Source: Euprymna scolopes
Lineage: Eukaryota
DNA: 58,284 bases
Reading direction: 5' to 3' (one strand)
Assembly (NCBI GenBank): GCA_053919585.1
Contig: JBSSHM010000318.1
In this document: positions 39,853 to 50,133 of the stretch, piece by piece
How positions within the stretch are numbered: position 1 is the stretch's first letter
Layout of the letters: every line of letters begins with the position of its first letter
The notes under the pieces: model-generated
Seen by the model: only the letters and a program-made list of their open reading frames with translations
Database searches by the model: none
Told to the model about the DNA's origin: nothing
Translations under genes and position numbers: made by a program

Positions 39853-41376
39853 ATGAATAACATTTATATTGGCATAGAAACTGGGACACTCTCAATCGGT
39901 GTTAAACAATTCATTGCACCCTTACAAAAAATTGCTCAAAAAGAAAATTATCAACTTATTGAAACAGGTGGATTTGGTCTCTATGCCTACGAACCTATGA
40001 TTGAAGTTGAGCATGATGGTATTCGTCATGCATTTATCAATGTGGATGAAGATAGTCTTAATTTTCTCATTGAAAATGGCAAGCCAAATATAACACATTC
40101 TAAGTATGCCGGTAAAACGCAAGATTTACCTTTTTTAAAATGTCAAAATCGCTTCACTTTTAGACGAGTTGGTCTGCATGCTCCAACTTGTGTAGAAAAC
40201 TATCAAAAGGAACAGGGTTTTGTGGCACTTAAACAAGCACTTGATAACGATCCGCAATTGATTATTGATGAAATCAAAGCAAGTGGCTTGCGTGGGCGTG
40301 GTGGTGCAGGGTTTCCAACCGGCATAAAATTACAAACTGTTAAGGATTCGCAAGCCAAACAAAAATATGTAGTTTGTAATGCAGATGAGGGCGATAGTGG
40401 TACTTTTGCCGATCGTATGCTGATAGAGGGCGACCCGCTTTGTTTAGTTGAGGGAATGTTGTTATCTGCTAGAGCGGTGGGTGCAACGCAAGGGTTTATT
40501 TACCTTCGTTCAGAATATCCCTTAGCACAAGAAAGGATACAGCAGGCAATTGATCATGCTTACCAAACAGGTTTTCTTGGTAAAAACATTTTAGGAAAAG
40601 GATTTGATTTTGATTTAAAAATTCACCAAGGAGCTGGTGCCTATATTTGTGGTGAGGAAACATCACTCATAGAAAGCCTAGAAGGAAAGAGAGGGACAAT
40701 ACGTTTTAAACCACCTCTGCCTGCGATAGAGGGGCTCTTTGCTTCACCTACTGCACTCAATAATGTTATCACCCTAGCGACTTTACCTGAAATTATCCGA
40801 CAAGGTGGCAAGGCTTATGCAGACTTAGGGTATGAAAAATCTAAAGGAACACTGACTATTCAATTGGCAGGTAATATTAAAAATGGTGGATTATATGAAA
40901 TGCCATTTGGTACATCATTAAAAATTTTATTGGAGGATATAGGTGAAGGAACTCGCACAGGGAGACCAATCAAGGCTGTACAAGTAGGTGGTCCACTGGG
41001 TGCATATTTTCCAAAAGAATTATTTGACTTACCATTGGATTATGAGACATTTGCAGCAAAAGGAGGAATGGTTGGACATGGTGGAATAGTTGTATTTGAT
41101 GATACGGTGGATTTATCAGAGCAAGCAAAGTTTGCTTTTGAGTTTTGTGCACATGAATCTTGTGGAAAGTGTACTCCTTGTCGCATAGGTTCTACTAGAG
41201 GTGTAGAATTGATAGAAAAAATACAACAAAGAGAGAGCCTCATGAGTAACATTGAGGTAGTAGATGATTTATGTGAATTAATGGAAGAAACTTCACTTTG
41301 TGCTCTTGGCGGTATGACACCTTATCCAGTTAAGAGTGCCATTAAACATTTTCCAAAAGATTTTGGAGTAGAATAA
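39853..41376 (+). CDS. fdsB: NAD-dependent formate dehydrogenase beta subunit (NuoF-like)
   Basis: GLRGRGGAGFP, NADEGDSGTFADR, GAGAYICGEET, ESCGKCTPCRIG. Confidence 0.9.
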   Translation: MNNIYIGIETGTLSIGVKQFIAPLQKIAQKENYQLIETGGFGLYAYEPMIEVEHDGIRHAFINVDEDSLNFLIENGKPNITHSKYAGKTQDLPFLKCQNRFTFRRVGLHAPTCVENYQKEQGFVALKQALDNDPQLIIDEIKASGLRGRGGAGFPTGIKLQTVKDSQAKQKYVVCNADEGDSGTFADRMLIEGDPLCLVEGMLLSARAVGATQGFIYLRSEYPLAQERIQQAIDHAYQTGFLGKNILGKGFDFDLKIHQGAGAYICGEETSLIESLEGKRGTIRFKPPLPAIEGLFASPTALNNVITLATLPEIIRQGGKAYADLGYEKSKGTLTIQLAGNIKNGGLYEMPFGTSLKILLEDIGEGTRTGRPIKAVQVGGPLGAYFPKELFDLPLDYETFAAKGGMVGHGGIVVFDDTVDLSEQAKFAFEFCAHESCGKCTPCRIGSTRGVELIEKIQQRESLMSNIEVVDDLCELMEETSLCALGGMTPYPVKSAIKHFPKDFGVE

Positions 41377-41413
41377 AAGTTTTAAGTAATTAAATATAAA
41401 AGGACATGCAATC

Positions 41414-44254
41414 ATGTTAAATATTGAGCAAAGCAGTAAAGTTCAAAAGATTACGGAATTAACGCCCCTTTTTAGTGAGGTGGGTAATAAGGATTATGGT
41501 ACACCAGAATCAATCTCTGAGGAATTGATTAATCTAACCATTGATGGAAGAACTATCCAGACTAGAGTGGGAAATTCTATTTTACGAGCGTGTATAGAAG
41601 CCGGTATCCATGTGCCTAAGCTTTGTGCAACAGATAGTGTAGATGCTTTTGGTTCATGTAGATTATGTGTGGTGAATACTAATATGCACCGTAAACCAGT
41701 TGCTTCTTGCCACACATTGGTAGCAGAAGGTATGGAAGTTAGCACGCAAAATGCTAAACTTGCTAAGTTACGCAAAGGCATTATGGAATTGTATATTTCT
41801 GATCACCCTTTAGATTGCTTAACCTGTCCTGCTAATGGAGATTGTGAGTTAGAGGATATGGCTGGTGTGGTTGGTTTACGTGAAGTACGTTATGATACCC
41901 AAACAGGGAAAAACCATCTGAAATTAAAAAAAGATAAAAGCAACCCATACTTTACCTATGATGCGAGTAAATGTATTCTTTGTTCTCGTTGTGTGCGTGC
42001 ATGTGATGAGGTGCAGGGGACCTTTGCTCTAACCATTGAAAAAAGAGGATTTAATTCTCATGTTTCACCTTCACAAAGTCAGCCTTTTATTGATTCTGAG
42101 TGTGTCTCTTGTGGGGCTTGTGTGCAAGCTTGTCCAACGGCAAGCTTGATGGAAAATACGGTAATTGAAAATGGTATAGCTGATAATAAAAAAATGACAA
42201 CTTGTGCCTATTGTGGAGTTGGTTGTTCCTTTTGGGCAGAGCATAAAGGTGAGCAAGTTATTCGTATGACTCCTGCTAAGCAAGGTCAGGCAAACGAGGG
42301 GCATTCCTGTGTGAAAGGTCGTTTTGCATGGACCTATGCAACAAGTGAGGATCGGGTTACCTCTCCTATGATTCGTGAGAGCATTAATGATGAATGGAGA
42401 GAAGTGAGTTGGCATGAGGCACTTGAGTTTGCAGCACGCAAATTTAAAACGTTGCAAACAAAGTATAGCAAGGATTGTTTAGGGAGCATCACTTCATCTC
42501 GTTGTACCAATGAAGAAACCTATTTGGTGCAAAAACTTACTCGTGCAGCAATGGGCAGTAATAATGTGGATACCTGTGCTCGAGTATGTCATTCACCAAC
42601 CGGTTATGGTTTAAAAAACACCTTTGGAACTTCTGCTGGAACACAAAATTTTAAATCCATTAATAAAGCAGATGTGGTGATGTTTATTGGTGCGAATCCC
42701 ACTGATGCTCATCCGGTATTTGGTAGCCGTGTGAAGCAACAATTACGTAAAGGAAGCAAGCTGATTGTTATTGATCCAAGAAAAATAGATTTAGTGAAAT
42801 CTGTTCGTATTAAAGCGGATTATCATTTACCACTTAGACCAGGGACCAATGTGGCCATTCTTAATGCAATGGCTCATGTTATTGTAAAAAATGATTTGCA
42901 GGATAAATCGTTTATAAAAGAGCGTTGCGATTCCACTTTATATAATAATTGGCTAGAGCTTATCAAACAGCCTAAAAACTCACCTGAAGCAGTGGCTCAA
43001 TATACAGGCGTTGAAGCACAGGTTATTCATGATGCGGCGGTGCTTTATGCCACAGGCGGTAATGCTGCCATTTATTATGGCTTAGGAGTAACAGAACATT
43101 CACAAGGCTCATCTACGGTCATGGCAATTGCTAATTTAGCGATGCTGACAGGGAATATAGGAAGAGAGGGGGTAGGGGTTAACCCATTGCGTGGTCAAAA
43201 CAATGTGCAAGGCTCATGTGATATGGGTTCATTTCCGCATGAATTTCCTGGTTATCGTCATGTAAGTGATCAAGCCACTCGAGAGCAACTATCTCATGAT
43301 TGGCAAGTTGAGTTGCGTGCAGAACCAGGGCTTAGATTGCCTAATATGCTAGATGCGGCTATAGCAGGAGAATTTAAGGGCATGTACATTCAAGGTGAAG
43401 ATCCAGCTCAATCTGATCCAAACACCTTACATGTTGCACAAGCTCTTAGCTCAATGGAATGTGTGGTTGTGCAAGATTTGTTTTTAAATGAAACGGCCAA
43501 ATATGCTCATGTATTTTTCCCAGGGAGTTCCTTTTTAGAAAAAGATGGTACCTTTACTAATGCAGAACGTCGCATTAGTCGTGTGCGTAAAGTCACTCAG
43601 CCTTTATCCGGTATGGCTGATTGGGAAATTACACAAGCTTTTTCAAATGCATTAGGTTACTCAATGAATTATGCTCATCCGAGTGAAATCATGGATGAAA
43701 TTGCTCGTCTTACGCCGAGTTTTGCCAACGTCAACTACAATCTTTTAGAAGAAAAAGGTTCGATTCAATGGCCTTGTAATAATGAAAACCCTGATGGTAC
43801 ACCATTGATGCATGTGGAAAAATTTGTTATTGGTAAGGGGCAATTTATGTTGACGGAATACATCCCAACACTTGAAAAAACAGGTGCTAAATACCCATTA
43901 TTGCTAACTACAGGACGCATCCTCTCACAATATAATGTAGGGACACAAACAAGACGAACAGAAAACAGCCAATGGCATGCTGAGGATGTTTTAGAAATTA
44001 ACTTCAGTGATGCAGAAAGTCGTGGTATCAAGCATGGTGATTGGATTAGTTTAGATAGCCGTGTGGCAAAAACTAAGTTGCGTGCAGTGGCTTCAGATCG
44101 AATACCACCGGGTGTGGTTTATACAACTTTTCATCATCCAGATAGTGGAGTGAATGTGATTACTACTGAGCTTTCTGATTGGGCAACTAATTGTCCTGAA
44201 TATAAAGTGACTGCTGTACAAGTAAGTAAGCTCTATGAAAGGGTTTCTGATTAG
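41414..44254 (+). CDS. fdsA: Formate dehydrogenase alpha subunit (Mo-bisPGD, Cys ligand)
   Basis: N-terminal Fe-S motifs, CAYCGVGC, CARVCH, PLRGQNNVQG, TNCPEYKVTAV. Confidence 0.92.
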   Translation: MLNIEQSSKVQKITELTPLFSEVGNKDYGTPESISEELINLTIDGRTIQTRVGNSILRACIEAGIHVPKLCATDSVDAFGSCRLCVVNTNMHRKPVASCHTLVAEGMEVSTQNAKLAKLRKGIMELYISDHPLDCLTCPANGDCELEDMAGVVGLREVRYDTQTGKNHLKLKKDKSNPYFTYDASKCILCSRCVRACDEVQGTFALTIEKRGFNSHVSPSQSQPFIDSECVSCGACVQACPTASLMENTVIENGIADNKKMTTCAYCGVGCSFWAEHKGEQVIRMTPAKQGQANEGHSCVKGRFAWTYATSEDRVTSPMIRESINDEWREVSWHEALEFAARKFKTLQTKYSKDCLGSITSSRCTNEETYLVQKLTRAAMGSNNVDTCARVCHSPTGYGLKNTFGTSAGTQNFKSINKADVVMFIGANPTDAHPVFGSRVKQQLRKGSKLIVIDPRKIDLVKSVRIKADYHLPLRPGTNVAILNAMAHVIVKNDLQDKSFIKERCDSTLYNNWLELIKQPKNSPEAVAQYTGVEAQVIHDAAVLYATGGNAAIYYGLGVTEHSQGSSTVMAIANLAMLTGNIGREGVGVNPLRGQNNVQGSCDMGSFPHEFPGYRHVSDQATREQLSHDWQVELRAEPGLRLPNMLDAAIAGEFKGMYIQGEDPAQSDPNTLHVAQALSSMECVVVQDLFLNETAKYAHVFFPGSSFLEKDGTFTNAERRISRVRKVTQPLSGMADWEITQAFSNALGYSMNYAHPSEIMDEIARLTPSFANVNYNLLEEKGSIQWPCNNENPDGTPLMHVEKFVIGKGQFMLTEYIPTLEKTGAKYPLLLTTGRILSQYNVGTQTRRTENSQWHAEDVLEINFSDAESRGIKHGDWISLDSRVAKTKLRAVASDRIPPGVVYTTFHHPDSGVNVITTELSDWATNCPEYKVTAVQVSKLYERVSD

Positions 44255-44275
44255 TATTATTTCTTAAGGCATTAG

Positions 44276-44479
44276 ATGAATAGATCAAAGTTGATAGTAA
44301 TGGTAGAAAATATTTTTGCGAATTTTTCTGCGTATCCGAAAGATCAGCAAACACAACAAACTATTATGCATATTCAACAGTTTTGGACACCCGCCATGTG
44401 TCAACAGCTAAAACAAGAGGAAAACGATAGCAATATTATTGATGTATCACTCATGCAAACCATTCTTAAGCAGATTTAA
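44276..44479 (+). CDS. fdsD: Formate dehydrogenase delta subunit
   Basis: KL..M..NI..NF...HIQQFWTPAM pattern; follows fdsA. Confidence 0.75.
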   Translation: MNRSKLIVMVENIFANFSAYPKDQQTQQTIMHIQQFWTPAMCQQLKQEENDSNIIDVSLMQTILKQI

Positions 44480-44565
44480 AATTGTTTGTTACCTTAGGGT
44501 AAAATGATGGATGTGTAACGCTGTTTGTAATAGTAAGAAAAAATTTTTCGTGCGAAGCTCTCTTT

Positions 44566-45345
44566 ATGTCATTATCACAGTATCTTGTTAGAAAAATAAA
44601 AAATGATGCGGGAACTTTTGCTATACAAAAAGAAACGGATCAAGTTGCCATTGAAGAGCCACTAATTATTCGGTATTCTCATAGCAATTTTCCAGAAAAA
44701 CTACACAATCTTGCTACGCTCTTACGTACACCAACTGATGATTATCATTTAGCATGTGGGTTTTTATTTGCAGAGGGTTATTTAGATTCCCCTAAACATA
44801 TTGAGATGACCCATTATTGTGATCAAGATGATGCAATAACGATTATCAGTGATCAGCTTATTACTATTGCTGAACGCCCCCATCTTACTCATTCCGGTTG
44901 TGGAAGTTGTGCTTTAGAAACTCTGGATAATTTGTATCAACATCTTAGTGAGGTGAAGCAATGGATACCTTCCTCAGAATTTTTATTTGAGTTAATTAAC
45001 CAGCCTCCGTATCAGCCTCTTTTTCAACAAAGTGGTGGCACGCATGCTACACTGATTTTGGATGAACGGGTTAACGTACTCAGTCAAGATGAGGATGTTG
45101 GCAGACACAATGCTTTGGATAAAGCGATTGGAAAATTGTGGGTAAAAGAAGAACTTGATCAAGCAAAAATTGCTTGGGTGAGTGGTAGAGTAGGATTTGA
45201 GTTGGTACAAAAATGTATCAATGCAGGAATCCCTAACTTGATTTCAATTGGTGCACCGACGTCATTATCGATTGCCTATGCTAAAAAATATGGGCTAGGA
45301 CTTTATGCCTTTGCACGTAATAAAAGTGTTAATCAATATTGTTAA
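44566..45345 (+). CDS. fdhD: FDH sulfurtransferase FdhD/FdsC
   Basis: EEPL, GFLFAEG, CGSC, GGTHA, EDVGRHNALDK, SGR, APTSL. Confidence 0.9.
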   Translation: MSLSQYLVRKIKNDAGTFAIQKETDQVAIEEPLIIRYSHSNFPEKLHNLATLLRTPTDDYHLACGFLFAEGYLDSPKHIEMTHYCDQDDAITIISDQLITIAERPHLTHSGCGSCALETLDNLYQHLSEVKQWIPSSEFLFELINQPPYQPLFQQSGGTHATLILDERVNVLSQDEDVGRHNALDKAIGKLWVKEELDQAKIAWVSGRVGFELVQKCINAGIPNLISIGAPTSLSIAYAKKYGLGLYAFARNKSVNQYC

Positions 45346-45356
45346 ACTTAACTAGC

Positions 45357-45701
45357 TTATAGATATGAGCTAAAATGATTTTTTTCATCAACAAGAATAC
45401 ATTTTGCTTGAGGGGGACTCTCTGCTAAAGTAAAGCCGATGATAATAATTTCTTCATCTTTTTTGATGAGATGGGAGGCAGCTCCGTTCATGCAAATAAT
45501 ACCGCTATCCTTCTTTCCTTCAATAATATAGGTTTCTAGTCTAGCACCGCTGGTATTACTGACAACTAGGACTTTTTCATGGACCATAAGTCCTGTTTTT
45601 TCTAATAAGGATTGATCAATTGTTATGCTACCAATATAGCTAAGATTCGCTTCAGTTACCCGAGCTTTATGAATTTTTGCGTGCATAAAAAAACGCATCA
45701 T
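45357..45701 (-). CDS. panD: Aspartate 1-decarboxylase
   Basis: KIH.A.VT, Y.GSITID self-cleavage site, R.ETY, NGAA. Confidence 0.93.
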   Translation of the reverse strand: MMRFFMHAKIHKARVTEANLSYIGSITIDQSLLEKTGLMVHEKVLVVSNTSGARLETYIIEGKKDSGIICMNGAASHLIKKDEEIIIIGFTLAESPPQAKCILVDEKNHFSSYL

Positions 45702-45732
45702 TGCTCCTCAGTATTTATGATTAGGATTGTTT

Positions 45733-46284
45733 CTATTGCTTCCATTTAATGGAGCAACCCATGCTGGGTATTTGTTCGGATGGTCCTTTTCCTGTATCAA
45801 GTATCTCCTGCATAGCTATGATTAAATCTCTTCTTGCATCGCTTCTTGCTTCTTTTCCAGAAGAATCTAATCTGCCACGGTATTGCAGAGTCAACTCTTT
45901 ATCAAAACCAAAAAAATCAGGAGTGCATACAGCCCCCCATTGTTTAGCTACTTCTTGAGTTTCATCATAGAGATAGGGAAAGGGATAATTATTTTCTTTG
46001 GAGACTCGTTGCATATTTTCATAGGAGTCATCAGGGTAAGCAATCGCATCATTGGAATTAATAAGTGCCATGTTTATTCCCATTGTTTTAAGTATTTTTG
46101 CATCATTAATCAGTGCACGTTGAATGGCGATAACATAGGGACAGTGATTACAAGCAAAGACAATAACTAGACCATTTTCACCTATTAAATCATCTAGGGA
46201 ATAATGCTTACCATCCACACTGAGTAGATTAAAATTTTTTGGTTGCCAGCCAAAGTCACAGATTGGAGTTTTTGTTAGAACCAT
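45733..46284 (-). CDS. Thioredoxin-fold (AhpC/TSA, redoxin) protein
   Basis: CNHCPYV, YPDDS, AVCTPDFF, YRGRLD, SMGCSIKWK. Confidence 0.88.
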   Translation of the reverse strand: MVLTKTPICDFGWQPKNFNLLSVDGKHYSLDDLIGENGLVIVFACNHCPYVIAIQRALINDAKILKTMGINMALINSNDAIAYPDDSYENMQRVSKENNYPFPYLYDETQEVAKQWGAVCTPDFFGFDKELTLQYRGRLDSSGKEARSDARRDLIIAMQEILDTGKGPSEQIPSMGCSIKWKQ

Positions 46285-46383
46285 AGTTTTTCTAAGTTTA
46301 CTTTTTTAATAAATTAATAATTCATGATAACTGTTAATTTTACGATATATGGAAGCTTATTATTTTGTCATGGATAATAGGTA

Positions 46384-47949
46384 TTATTTTTTTTCTGGAT
46401 ATAAATTAGCTGGATCATCTTTGAGTTCAGAAAAGTCTTGCATCTCACTCCAATTAAAAATTTGAATAGCCTCTTCTTCTTTATAATTATCCACGTTAAT
46501 ACTATCGATAACGTTACTATTAATTCCTAACCAGTCTAAAAAGAAATGGATAAACTTAAAACCACTAAGTGGTTTTTTTTGAATTATTCTGTTGTTATCA
46601 TCGCTAGATAGCCTAGCAAAGGGAATTTCATAATTTGATTTATGTTTTACACCTACTCGTAAAATATTTCCTTTATCTGCATAGTTATTAAGTCCATGAT
46701 CAGATAAATACATCATAGAAAAGGATTCTCCAGACTTTTTTAATAGGTTAAATATTTTTCGTAAAAAATTGTCAGTTTGTGTAATGCTAGATAAATAGCA
46801 TGAGAGGTCTTTGTTTTCCAGATTATAAATATCTGCTGAAACTCTATTGCAAAATCTGGGGTGTGACCCCATTAGATGCAAGATAATTAGTTTGTGATTT
46901 CTATTGATGTTGCTGTTTATTACTTTTTCAAAGTAAGGAATTAATTCATCATCCATGGTATTTGAACTCTCATAATCACCACTTTTTAACATTTTAACAT
47001 GTTTACTTAATGTGGCAATTTTAGATATGAGAGTATCCTGTTTGCCCAAAAAACCTTGATTAGATAACCAATAGGTTTCAAAACCGCCTTGTTTAGCAAA
47101 GTCGATAATATTTTTTTTGGGTTCAATTGAAATTCCTGTACTAAAGCTAAACATTCTTGTTAAAGACCCCACTGAATTAGGAGCAGCTGATATAAAACCA
47201 TCAATAAATAATCCATTGGTTTTTTTAAAAAAAGGCGTGGTGTTAATGGGGTAGCCATAAACAGACATATAATCTTTTCTTGCACTCTCACCTATTATCA
47301 GAACGTATGTATCATATTTAGGGTTGACGGAGGTTACTTGTAAATTCATGGGATTTTCTATATTCGTAAAATTTTCTATGAACTCATCATACGATTTAAC
47401 GGCATTTTGTGCAGCATTGATCCAATCTTTGATGGGAGAGTGGTACGAATATAGAAGAAGTGCCCCGATAAATACAGCAAGGCTTTTTCCTGCTACTTTC
47501 TGGGGAGTGATGAAGTCTATTTTGATATATATATAAGCAATGAGAATTCCCAGTAGTAAGTAAATATATATTATGCTAGGTGTTGACTCTATAAATTCTC
47601 CTGTCTCCAGTAGATTTGTAGTTAGTAAGGAAGCCACAATGCCTATATTTGGTAGCCCGTACATCACCCCAACTGGGGTATATAATACACTGAATATAAA
47701 AATAGGCAGAAGGAAAAAATATTTCAGGACGCTAATTTTTGATAAAGATAGAATAATGATGGTGAAGGATAGAATATATAGCTCATACTCAACAGAATAA
47801 AATCTTGCATTATTGGCTAATACTTTTGAAACAAACATAGCCATCACTATCGAGATTATTATCGTTAGTACGTGTTTGATGTAAATATTATTTAAAAATT
47901 TAGTAAAAGTTGGTGAAATTTTTTGTAACATTTTTGGTATTGATAACAT
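46384..47949 (-). CDS. Phosphoethanolamine transferase (YbiP/OpgE-like)
   Basis: N-terminal TMs; IIGESAR.DY, WLSNQG, HLMGSH, YLSDHG. Confidence 0.85.
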   Translation of the reverse strand: MLSIPKMLQKISPTFTKFLNNIYIKHVLTIIISIVMAMFVSKVLANNARFYSVEYELYILSFTIIILSLSKISVLKYFFLLPIFIFSVLYTPVGVMYGLPNIGIVASLLTTNLLETGEFIESTPSIIYIYLLLGILIAYIYIKIDFITPQKVAGKSLAVFIGALLLYSYHSPIKDWINAAQNAVKSYDEFIENFTNIENPMNLQVTSVNPKYDTYVLIIGESARKDYMSVYGYPINTTPFFKKTNGLFIDGFISAAPNSVGSLTRMFSFSTGISIEPKKNIIDFAKQGGFETYWLSNQGFLGKQDTLISKIATLSKHVKMLKSGDYESSNTMDDELIPYFEKVINSNINRNHKLIILHLMGSHPRFCNRVSADIYNLENKDLSCYLSSITQTDNFLRKIFNLLKKSGESFSMMYLSDHGLNNYADKGNILRVGVKHKSNYEIPFARLSSDDNNRIIQKKPLSGFKFIHFFLDWLGINSNVIDSINVDNYKEEEAIQIFNWSEMQDFSELKDDPANLYPEKK

Positions 47950-48083
47950 TTCTGATAAACATATACTATGAAGGAGGCAGTTATAAAGTAGTCACTAGAT
48001 TATACTTAATGTAAAGATATAAAAAACGCTTTATTTTCTTAAACAGAATTTTAATACTATATTTTTTTATCACCATTGTTTGT

Positions 48084-48686
48084 ATGGCTCTGGATATGTC
48101 CTTAGAAATAAGAAGAAAATTGCTTCATTTGAGTTCTTTATGGATTCCTGTTGTTGTATTTTTTCTAAATAAAGATCAGGCATTGTATGTGTTTGTTATT
48201 TTTACAGTTTGTCTGTTGATTTTTGATATTGTTCGTTATTTTTCATTAATGATCTCTTATGTTTCATGCTTAGAAAAGCTTTTTTTAAGAGAGAGAGAGG
48301 CAATGGGTTTTCGCTTAAGTGGAGGAAGTTGGATGTTAATAGCTGCCATGGTAACTACATTATTTTTTGACAAGAGTATAGCTTTTGTAGGAATGTTGGT
48401 GCTGATTATTAGCGATACCTTGGCGGCATTAGTTGGTACAAGGTGGGGGAGCATTCGTCTTTTTGGCAAATCTTTGCAAGGGAGCTTAGCTTTTTTTGTC
48501 AGTTCTTGGTTGTGTATAGTTCTCTCTAGCTGGTTGTTTGGTTTCTCTGATTGGTATGTTATTGCTTTATTGGTATCATTAGTGGCAACATTCGTTGAAC
48601 TTTTTTCTGCATATTTACGTATAGATGATAATTTTTCCATCCCTGTATCGGTATGTTTATCAATATATTGGCTACTTGCATTATAA
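48084..48686 (+). CDS. CTP-dependent polyprenol/phytol/dolichol kinase-like membrane protein
   Basis: RKLLH, SDTLAALVG..WG, KSLQGS, DDNF.IP. Confidence 0.75.
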   Translation: MALDMSLEIRRKLLHLSSLWIPVVVFFLNKDQALYVFVIFTVCLLIFDIVRYFSLMISYVSCLEKLFLREREAMGFRLSGGSWMLIAAMVTTLFFDKSIAFVGMLVLIISDTLAALVGTRWGSIRLFGKSLQGSLAFFVSSWLCIVLSSWLFGFSDWYVIALLVSLVATFVELFSAYLRIDDNFSIPVSVCLSIYWLLAL

Positions 48687-48744
48687 AATTCTTGTATAAA
48701 CTAGATAAAATTAATAATAGGAATCATTTAGGCATGAAAGTTAT

Positions 48745-50103
48745 ATGAATCAGTTAATAGAAGTTGATGCAGTGGTTGTAGGAGCAGGACCGGTAGGTAT
48801 CGTTACGGCTTTGTTATTAGCTAAGAAAGGAATTCGGTGTGTATTACTTGAGAAAAACCATCCTCTTAAATCCTCAAGTAATAAGCATGAAAATGGATCA
48901 GTCAAAGATTATAAACAGGGTTTTGATGGGCGAACATTGGCATTAAATATTGAGAGTGAGAGATTATTGTCCTCAATAGATTGTTTGCCAGAGATTGAAT
49001 TATGTGAAGAGATTCAGAAAATTCGGGTGACTCAACAGGGACATTTTGGTAGTTGTCTATTGGAAAGCGAGCAAGAGTATTTGCAGTATTTTGGTTTGAC
49101 TGTTAACTCCACTGAATTGGGAGAGAAAATGCAACAAAGTCTATTGGCTGAGTACAAAAAAGACACTTATCTCCAATATTTTGAAAGTGTTAAGATTAAT
49201 GATATTAGACAAGATTCTACCATTCAAGATGAATACCCTGTCAGTTTAAGTATTGGTTATAAGGAGGGTAAAGAGAGTGTTATTCACACTAAAATTTTAA
49301 TTGCTGCAGATGGGACAAACTCACAAGTTCGACAGCATTTTGATTTTCCGACAACATCAGTAGATTATCAGCAGATTGCGACATTAACAAAAGTTACTCA
49401 TCAAAAGAAGCATTTAAATATTGCACATGAGCGGTTTTTAAAAAATGGTGTGTTAGCATTATTGCCAACTGCTATAAAAACTAATCATCAACATTTAGGG
49501 ATGCAATCAGGTTTTGTCTCTTCTGTTGTGTGGTTACAAAATAATGTTGAAAGTATGGACACAAAGGCACTTTCTGAGGAAGAATTACTACGTGTTTTAC
49601 AAAAACGTTTTGGTGAACAATATGGCAAGTTTATTGAATTAACCCCTGTTACAAATTACGCAATGCGTGAAATTGTGGCAACGCAAACGCATCATCAAAA
49701 CATAATTTTAATTGGTAATGCTGCACACAGTTTACATCCAGTTGCTGGTCAAGGATTGAATTTGGGTTTAAAAGATGTTCAGCAATTGCTTCATCATATT
49801 GGGTTAACGGGATGTACTCAGGAGAGTTTGCGAAATTTTTCTATCATTCAGAAAAAAAATGTATCGCAAATACAATGCTTTGTAAACAAGTTATTAGAGG
49901 GATTTTCTTCTTTTCACCCCATGTCTGTATTGAGTAGAAGTTTATTGATGATTGCTTTTGAGAAGTGTGCGGTAGTCAGACGTCCACTTTTATATCAATT
50001 GTCTGGAGTACAAGAACCTGCTATGTATCTGGAACAAATTCCTACTGCTCTACAAAATAAATTGGAACGGATTAAAAGGCAAGTAGATAAGTTATTGTTT
50101 TAA
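48745..50103 (+). CDS. ubiH: UbiH-like FAD-dependent ubiquinone hydroxylase
   Basis: GAGPVG, DGRTLAL, AADG..S.VR, AHERF, GNAAHSLHPVAGQGLNLG. Confidence 0.75.
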   Translation: MNQLIEVDAVVVGAGPVGIVTALLLAKKGIRCVLLEKNHPLKSSSNKHENGSVKDYKQGFDGRTLALNIESERLLSSIDCLPEIELCEEIQKIRVTQQGHFGSCLLESEQEYLQYFGLTVNSTELGEKMQQSLLAEYKKDTYLQYFESVKINDIRQDSTIQDEYPVSLSIGYKEGKESVIHTKILIAADGTNSQVRQHFDFPTTSVDYQQIATLTKVTHQKKHLNIAHERFLKNGVLALLPTAIKTNHQHLGMQSGFVSSVVWLQNNVESMDTKALSEEELLRVLQKRFGEQYGKFIELTPVTNYAMREIVATQTHHQNIILIGNAAHSLHPVAGQGLNLGLKDVQQLLHHIGLTGCTQESLRNFSIIQKKNVSQIQCFVNKLLEGFSSFHPMSVLSRSLLMIAFEKCAVVRRPLLYQLSGVQEPAMYLEQIPTALQNKLERIKRQVDKLLF

Positions 50104-50133
50104 AATTAAATTATGTGAGAAATAGAGAAAAAT

